From Mantamonas sphyraenae STR306 (taxonomy: Eukaryota > Protista > CRuMs): DNA of 64,000 nucleotides. The stretch is from contig JAPMXV010000009.1 of assembly GCA_026936335.1 (NCBI GenBank), positions 248,001 to 312,000 of the forward strand, given 5' to 3'. Under the pieces are notes generated by a model, which saw nothing but the letters and a program-made list of their open reading frames with translations, was not told the origin of the DNA and searched no databases. The translations under genes were made by a program, and so were the position numbers. This document shows positions 57,992 through 64,000 of the stretch, piece by piece. Position 1 is the first letter of the stretch, and each line of letters opens with the position of its first letter.

Positions 57992-58534
57992 ATGTCGTCG
58001 AACGAAAGCGAGATTGCGACGTTTGGGAGCGGGTGCTTTTGGTGCACGGAAGGAGTGTTCCAGCTGGTGAAGGGAGTGAGCCAGGTGCTGCCAGGGTACA
58101 TGGGCGGAGAGACGGAAAACCCAACGTACGAGGAGGTGTGCTCGGGCAAGACCGGGCACGCAGAGTGCGCGCAGCTGACGTTTGACCCAAGCGTGGTGAC
58201 GTACGAGGAGTTGCTGGACGTGTTTTTCCACGTGCACGACCCCACGCAGCTGAACCGACAGGGCAACGATGTGGGCACGCAGTACCGCAGCGCCATCTTT
58301 TACCACTCTGCGGAGCAGAAGGAGGCGGCGGAGGCGGTTGCGGCGAAACTCGCCGACGAGTTTTCCGGCAAGATTGTGACGGAAATCACCGAGGCAAGCA
58401 CGTTCTATCCGGCCGAGGACTACCACCAGGACTATCTGAACAACAACCCGGACAACGGGTACTGCAAGTTTGTGGTGCAGCCCAAGGTGAACAAGTTCAA
58501 GAAGCAGTTCACGGACAAGCTGAAGGATGCTTGA
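57992..58534 (+). CDS. msrA: Peptide methionine sulfoxide reductase A
   Basis: GCFWCTE, PTYEEVCSGKTGHAE, HDPTQLNRQGNDVGTQYRSAIF, FYPAEDYHQDY, GYC. Confidence 0.95.
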   Translation: MSSNESEIATFGSGCFWCTEGVFQLVKGVSQVLPGYMGGETENPTYEEVCSGKTGHAECAQLTFDPSVVTYEELLDVFFHVHDPTQLNRQGNDVGTQYRSAIFYHSAEQKEAAEAVAAKLADEFSGKIVTEITEASTFYPAEDYHQDYLNNNPDNGYCKFVVQPKVNKFKKQFTDKLKDA

Positions 58535-58601
58535 AGCTGTTGGTGAGGCGGGCTGTGCGATGGATGGATGCAGGATGCACGATGATGCACGGTTAGGAGC
58601 T

Positions 58602-59153
58602 TTACTTTTTGGTGAGGCGTCGTCGGCCTGTGCCTCGCCCAGGCGGACGCGGTTTGTTGAACTTTGGTTTTTCTGTTGAGACGGAGGCCTCTTGGTTGCG
58701 CTCTGTGTCACGGTCACGACCTGCGTCGTAGTTTGCGCCACTGGCCTTTTTCACGGTGGCATTGATGGCGTCGCTGGCAAGGTCCTCGAGGTCAGAGGCC
58801 TGCAGCTCGACGTGAAACTTGCCCGAGATGGGGCCTGTGACACTGGCCGAAGCGGAGGTGGCCTTTGCCTTGGCCATGGTGGGAGCGGCGTCGGGGATCC
58901 AGGCAATCCAGACATACTTCCAGCGCACAGCCTCCTTGTCGTCTTCCTGGCGCAGGCGGAGGTAGGCGCAGCGGACCTCGTCGGCTGGGAGAGCCTCGGT
59001 GAGGGCCACGAGGCCGCCCTCTCCTTGTGTCTCTGGGACAAGGAGCTCCAGGTTGTCGCTGTCCTGGGCAAAGGTGGCCCAGTCGACGGAGCCCTGCTCG
59101 TCACGGACGGCCTCGATGGAGTCGGAAATGTCTTGAGCGAGGGAGGAGGACAT
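58602..59153 (-). CDS. Coactosin-like ADF-H actin-binding protein
   Basis: AVRDEQGSVDWATF, GEGGL, KYVWIAWIPD, FHVELQASDLEDL, VKKASGANYD. Confidence 0.85.
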   Translation of the reverse strand: MSSSLAQDISDSIEAVRDEQGSVDWATFAQDSDNLELLVPETQGEGGLVALTEALPADEVRCAYLRLRQEDDKEAVRWKYVWIAWIPDAAPTMAKAKATSASASVTGPISGKFHVELQASDLEDLASDAINATVKKASGANYDAGRDRDTERNQEASVSTEKPKFNKPRPPGRGTGRRRLTKK

Positions 59154-59201
59154 TTGCAGTGGGCGAGGGCGAGCAGGGAGCCAACGGGATCCCAGACGAG
59201 A

Positions 59202-60944
59202 ATGCGCTTTGCGGTTGTGCTGTTGGGAGTGGTGCTGTGTGTAGCAGTTGCTCTCGGGGCAGGAGACACGGGCCGGCAAATGCAGGAGGTGGCTGAGGCT
59301 GTGCGTGCGCAGCCAAAGGCCGGCGAGGTAGCCGGGAGGCTCTTTGGCGTGCTGGTGGGCGAGGTGGAGGACAGTGCACAGGTGGAAGAGAGCGACAAGA
59401 ACGACGCTTTTGTGTCTGTGCTTCACGACACTCTGGACGCAGTGGGGCGACTGATGCGCATGGGCAAGCGGCGGGCGGAAGGAGGCAGCGCCGAAGGGAA
59501 AGCCAAGGTGCTGCGCTCTCGGCCGGCGTACTACGAGGTGAGCGAGGAGAATGAGGCGGCAGAGGTAGCACGTCAGCGGGAAGAGCAAAAGGCGCATCAT
59601 CATAAGCGGGAGGCGGTGGAGTTGGCCCGGATGATGGTGCCGGAAGACGGTGCCGAGCCGAAAGAGGAGACTTTTGCTCCGGCGTGCCATCTCGACGCTG
59701 AACCGTGTCCAGACGCGCTGTTTCGGCTGTACTGCACGGTGATTGGGTACGGGAAGCTGGTGGAAATCAAGTCGAACGTGACGATTTGCAGCCCGGCGGG
59801 AGTGAACTGCACCTTGCCTGCGAACTGCACGCTGCAGGACGCGCTGAGCGGCACGGGAGGGAATGGAACGAACTGTTCGCTGCCTGCTGGTTGCCAGGCA
59901 GTGAACGGAACGTCGGGAGGGAGCAGCGGAGGGAGCAGCGGAGGGAGCAGCGGAGGGAGCAGCGGCAGCTGGAATGTGACGGATTGCAACACTGTGAACG
60001 GGACGACCGTGTGCAAGAACTGCAGCGCAGGCATGAACGGAACGCTTGTGTGCAGCAACGTGACAGTGAATTGCAGCACAGTAGGCAACGGGACAACTGT
60101 GTGCAGCCACAACAGCACGACGGGAGGAAACAACGCCACGGAGCTTGTGTGTCGGGTACAGACGCTGGTGTCTCTGGAGTGCGACTGCCCGATTGGGTTT
60201 GAGGGTCGCTATTGCACATATCTGCGTCCGTTCCAGTGCCAGCTGCAGCGAAGGGCGCCGATGCGGCAGTGCGAGACGCGGTCGACGGCAAACAACAACC
60301 ACCTGCTGGACACGGATCCACGATGCGTGCAGGTGGACGACGGGGCGCAGTTGACTGTGGCGCACACATTGAACTGCACATACCTGCAGCGCACGCGAGA
60401 GACGGTGACGGGCAAGGCGACCCACACACCGACAGCGACTCAGCGCGGCAACGAGTTTGCCTTTTACTCGTCCAGCCTGACACCGTTGCCTGTGTTCCAG
60501 TGGAAGTTTTTCAACTTTTTCGCGCTTGGGGACGAGCGAGGCGTGACGACGTCGCGTCTGACGGCGAGGCAGTTTGTGGGACTGGATCCGATTGAAACGC
60601 AGGTGGATCTGGGCGCGCTGCCAGCCGAGTTTTACGCAGGGGGCAGGTTGTACATGGAGTCTGGGCTGCAACGGCGAGCGTACTACCGTGAGTCGTCGCT
60701 GACGGCGAGCACCAATGTATTCTACAGCGCGGGCTGGGACGGTGTGTTTGTGGACACAAAGACGGGGAGCGGGCGCGGGCAAGTGTACCGCCGGGAAGTG
60801 GTGTTTGTGGTGCCCACATGGGTGTGGGTGGCCCTGGGAGTGATTGTGTTTGCATCTGCGTTGCTGTGGCAGCGGTGGAAGGTGCGTCGAGAGCGGGAGG
60901 AGCGAAAAGAGGTGGACAGGCGGATGCGCAAAGAGGCCGAGTGA
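59202..60944 (+). CDS. Type I membrane glycoprotein with EGF-like motif and N-glycosylation-rich Cys segment
   Basis: Signal peptide MRFAVVLLGVVLCVAVALG; CDCPIGFEGRYC; C-terminal TM WVWVALGVIVFASALLW followed by a basic tail. Confidence 0.75.
   Translation: MRFAVVLLGVVLCVAVALGAGDTGRQMQEVAEAVRAQPKAGEVAGRLFGVLVGEVEDSAQVEESDKNDAFVSVLHDTLDAVGRLMRMGKRRAEGGSAEGKAKVLRSRPAYYEVSEENEAAEVARQREEQKAHHHKREAVELARMMVPEDGAEPKEETFAPACHLDAEPCPDALFRLYCTVIGYGKLVEIKSNVTICSPAGVNCTLPANCTLQDALSGTGGNGTNCSLPAGCQAVNGTSGGSSGGSSGGSSGGSSGSWNVTDCNTVNGTTVCKNCSAGMNGTLVCSNVTVNCSTVGNGTTVCSHNSTTGGNNATELVCRVQTLVSLECDCPIGFEGRYCTYLRPFQCQLQRRAPMRQCETRSTANNNHLLDTDPRCVQVDDGAQLTVAHTLNCTYLQRTRETVTGKATHTPTATQRGNEFAFYSSSLTPLPVFQWKFFNFFALGDERGVTTSRLTARQFVGLDPIETQVDLGALPAEFYAGGRLYMESGLQRRAYYRESSLTASTNVFYSAGWDGVFVDTKTGSGRGQVYRREVVFVVPTWVWVALGVIVFASALLWQRWKVRREREERKEVDRRMRKEAE
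59915..59966 (+). repeat. 12-nt coding tandem repeat (GGAGGGAGCAGC, x4) encoding a GGSS linker
   Basis: Read directly from the sequence. Confidence 0.9.
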
Positions 60945-60986
60945 AGGAGGGGGGGCGAAAGGGAAACAAGGATGGATTGATTTGTC

Positions 60987-62572
60987 CTAGACGCTGAGAG
61001 CCTCGACGCTGGTGCTGCCAAGGGCATCCTTGTACGTTTCCAGGATGGGGTCGACGTCGTCGGCAACAAACTCGTCGACCTGCTGGGGCGCACGGCCAAC
61101 AAATTTGGAGGCATCGAGAATGTCGTCGAGGTGGTCGTGGACTGCGGCAAAGGCGTCGTCGCCGCGGATGCGATCGAGGAGGTCGTTGTCGCCTCCCTGC
61201 TCCTTGACAACCTTTGCAGCTTTCATGGAGTGAACACGGATGAGTTCGTGCAGCTCCTGGCGATCGCCTCCGGCCTTGACACATGCCATGAGGATGTTTT
61301 CGGTGGCCATAAAGGGCAGCTCGGCCTGGATGTGCTTGTCGATGACCTTGGGATAGACAGCGAGGCCGTCGAGGACGTTGCAGAGGGTGCCGAGGACGAC
61401 ATCGATGCCGAGGAAGGCCTGGGGCAGGACCATGCGGCGGTTGGCACTGTCGTCGAGGGTGCGCTCGAGCCACTGGTTGCTGTGGGTCTGTTGGGTGTTG
61501 TCGACGAGAGACATGACATAGCGGGCGAGACTGCAGATGCGCTCAGAGCGCATGGGGTTGCGCTTGTAGGCCATGGCACTGGAGCCGATTTGGGACTTGC
61601 CAAACGGCTCCTCGATCTCCTTCATGTGTTGCAGGAGACGGATGTCGCCGCACAGCTTGTAGGCGCTTTGGGCAATGCCGCAGAGGACAGCGAGGACTTT
61701 GTAGTCGAGCTTGCGGGTATAGGTCTGGCCAGTGACGGAGAGAGTGGACTTGAAGCCGAGCTGTGGGGGGTCGGGGCTGGTTTGAGCAAACGCGACGAGA
61801 CAAGTGAAAATTGAGGGAAAAGGGCGAAAAGGAAAGGGGGTGGGAGACGTACGAGTTCGGCAAAGCGGGCATCCAGCTTCTTGACGGCGTCGTGATCGTT
61901 GTTGAGAAGCTCGAGGTAGGAGGCCTGGGTGCCGGTGGTGCCCTTGACGCCGCGGAGGGGGAGGGTGTCGATGAGGTGGAGGACGTCGTCGAGGTCGAGA
62001 AGGAGATCCTGACACCACAGGGTGGCCCGTTTGCCAACCGTGGTGAGCTGGGCAGGCTGCAGATGGGTGAAGCCAAGGGTGGGCAGGTCCTTGTACTCGA
62101 GGGCAAAGTCGCGAAGCAGAGAGATGGCCTTGAGGAGTTTGTTGCGGACAAGCTTGAGGCCCTGGTGCATCTGGACGAGAGTGCTGTTCTCTTGGACAAA
62201 GGCACTGGTTGCGCCGAGGTGGATGACGCCCTTGGCACCAGGCACAGTGAGCTGCAAGCCAAAGGCGTGGACGTGGGCCATGACGTCGTGGCGGACTTCC
62301 TTCTCCTTTTCCTCGGCTTCACGGAAGTTGATGTCGTCTGCATGAGCCTCCATGTCGTCGATCATCTCCTGGGTGATCTGTTCGATGCCGGCTTCCATCT
62401 CTACGGTGGCCAGGGTGATCCACATGCGGCGCCACAGTGAAAAGGTGTTTTGAGGAGAAAACACATAGCTCATCTCCTTGGAGCTGTAGCGGGAGACGAG
62501 TGGGTTCTCGTAGGTGATGCGCGAGTCACTGGAGTCGAGGTCTGCGGACGAGGCGGATGAAGAGGAGGCCAT
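60987..62572 (-). CDS. ADSL: Adenylosuccinate lyase; exons 62572-61853, 61760-60987
   Basis: [60 protein letters not shown]. Confidence 0.96.
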
Positions 62573-62640
62573 GGGAGAGTTTGGGTGGTGACGTGCGCGG
62601 CGCTGCGCAAGGCGAGGCACGGGATCAAGAAAGAGGGAGC

Positions 62641-63256
62641 ATGAGTGAAGAGGCACAAGACGAGTTGCAGCATGTGACCAACGCAGAGGCGTACGCGTTT
62701 CTGCAGCACTCGCATGAGGAGCGTGTGAAACGGTACCAGCGCCGAGGACTGGCGCCAAAGCGGGCGAAGCGGAACCTGCAGAACGTGGACTACGCGGCGG
62801 AACTGGCGCTGTCGTACACGGAAACGCTGGAAGCGTGTGACGGGGACGCACCAAGCGTGCGCGTAGAGGCGTTCTTGGCAGCACTGGCGAAGGAGGGGCT
62901 GGATGAGGAGCTGACGTCGGAGGACCGGCTGCAGCTGGTAAACTACAGGCCACAGAACGTGACGGAGCTGGGGGTGTTGCTGCCGCATGTGAAGCGAACC
63001 CACGGGGACGGTCGGATGCAGCGGATTGTGGCGTTGGTGGTGGAGATTCTGCATCCGGCGCCGCCAACGAGGGGCGACGAGGGGGAGAGTGATGAGGAGG
63101 AGGAGGAAGGGGAGGAGGAGGAAGAGGAGGGAGCGGAAGGGGAGGGGGGGAGTGGTGATGAGGACGAGGATGATGGGATGGTCGTGGAGGAGACGGAACT
63201 TGTCAGCGAAGATGGGAAAGGTGGGGGATGTGGTCGGTGAGGACGATGAGGGGTAG
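62641..63256 (+). CDS. RNA polymerase III subunit RPC17/CRCP-like (Rpb4 family) with acidic tail; stop at 63240 as assembled, 63256 if one G is spurious
   Basis: VTNAEAYAFL; LTSEDRLQLVNYRPQNVTELGVLL HRDC-like motif. Confidence 0.7.
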
Positions 63257-63660
63257 AGAGAGGAGAGTGAGATAGGGAGGGGGTAATGAAGGTTCATTCG
63301 AGGCGCTGGCGTTTGGAGGAGGAGGTGGAGGAGGAGGAGGAGGAGGAGGAGGAGGAAGGGTCTTTGCGCTTGGGGAGAGTGATGAGGAGGAGGAGGAAGG
63401 GGAGGAGGAGGAAGAGGAGGGAGCGGAAGGGGAGGGGGGGAGTGGTGATGAGGACGAGGATGATGGGATGGTCGTGGAGGAGACGGAACTTGTCAGCGAA
63501 GATGGGAAAGGTGGGGATGTGGTCGGTGAGGACGATGAGGGGTAGAGAGAGGAGAGTGAGATAGGGAGGGGGTAATGAAGGTTCATTCGAGGCGCTGGCG
63601 TTTGGAGGAGGAGGTGGAGGAGGAGGAGGAGGAGGAGGAGGAGGAAGGGTCTTTGCGCTT
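63082..63660. repeat. Near-identical direct tandem duplication (63082-63371 / 63372-63660)
   Basis: About 290 bp repeated, differing by one G in a homopolymer; GGGGAG at the junctions. Confidence 0.92.
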
Positions 63661-64000
63661 GGGGAGGGTGAATGAGGGGATGGGGTAGGCGTCGACGAGT
63701 GCGACTGTGGTGGGGCGGGTGGTGATGTGGGGTGTGATGCGGTCGATGAGGGTGTGGAGGAGGGTGTGCAGTGTGGCGTCGCTGGGTTTGCGGTTGTCGA
63801 GCCAGGCGATCTTGAGGGAGAGGGAGGTGACGCCGCGGGTGAGAGTGACGCTGATGGCATTTTTCACCTGCTGGTAGGTGAGGTGTGGCCTGAGGAGGCG
63901 GACAAAGAAGGCCAGGTCGACAGGGGGCACGCCAATGTTGCCCAGCGCCAGGATGATGTGTCGCAGCAGGGACTTCAGGTTGCCGTTGTTGATCAGCTCA
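63583..64000 (-). CDS. 3' end of an uncharacterised gene running off the window
   Basis: Open frame ..LLRHIILALGNIGVPPVDLAFFVRLL..KRQRLE* with C-ending codon bias. Confidence 0.55.
   Translation of the reverse strand, partial: ELINNGNLKSLLRHIILALGNIGVPPVDLAFFVRLLRPHLTYQQVKNAISVTLTRGVTSLSLKIAWLDNRKPSDATLHTLLHTLIDRITPHITTRPTTVALVDAYPIPSFTLPKRKDPSSSSSSSSSSTSSSKRQRLE

Noticed and set aside
57992-58534. Intronless msrA as bacterial contamination or recent horizontal transfer
   Set aside because: Codon style matches neighbouring genes, it is embedded among intron-containing genes, and MsrA is ubiquitous in eukaryotes; only a phylogeny could show transfer.
1-64000. Alternative genetic code or stop-codon readthrough
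   Set aside because: Conserved genes translate cleanly with the standard code and end in TAA, TAG or TGA; ORF breaks are explained by introns or single-base indels.

Overview
This is a very gene-dense, intron-containing eukaryotic window, apparently from a flagellated unicellular eukaryote (outer-arm dynein, PF20/SPAG16, Sfi1-like protein, Ragulator LAMTOR3, coactosin); the species cannot be determined from the sequence. About 26 protein-coding genes lie mostly in alternating orientation, with head-to-head spacers as short as 35-110 bp. Recognisable products: JmjC/KDM5-like demethylase (partial), a degenerate kinesin, an F-box membrane protein, a P4-ATPase, a DNAH5/8-type dynein heavy chain, Acinus-like protein, POMP/Ump1, an AGC kinase, RPS21, a receiver + 3x HPt phosphorelay protein, SPAG16, a giant Sfi1-repeat protein, a TPR protein, a PH-PAK kinase, F-BAR/SH3, LAMTOR3, cyclophilin B, MsrA, coactosin, an EGF-like type I membrane protein, ADSL and RPC17. 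I saw no rRNA, tRNA, CRISPR array or transposon. Most notable: (1) a receiver domain fused to three HPt modules; (2) a hidden 3-exon gene for a secreted prepro-peptide with 6 Cys; (3) a strand G/C skew independent of gene orientation that flips inside the dynein gene; (4) a kinesin with dead P-loop and switch motifs; (5) an exact 146-aa higher-order repeat in the Sfi1-like protein. Several single-base frameshifts and a 290-bp tandem duplication are probably assembly artefacts. All exon boundaries were inferred by eye from GT/GC-AG sites and reading frame.
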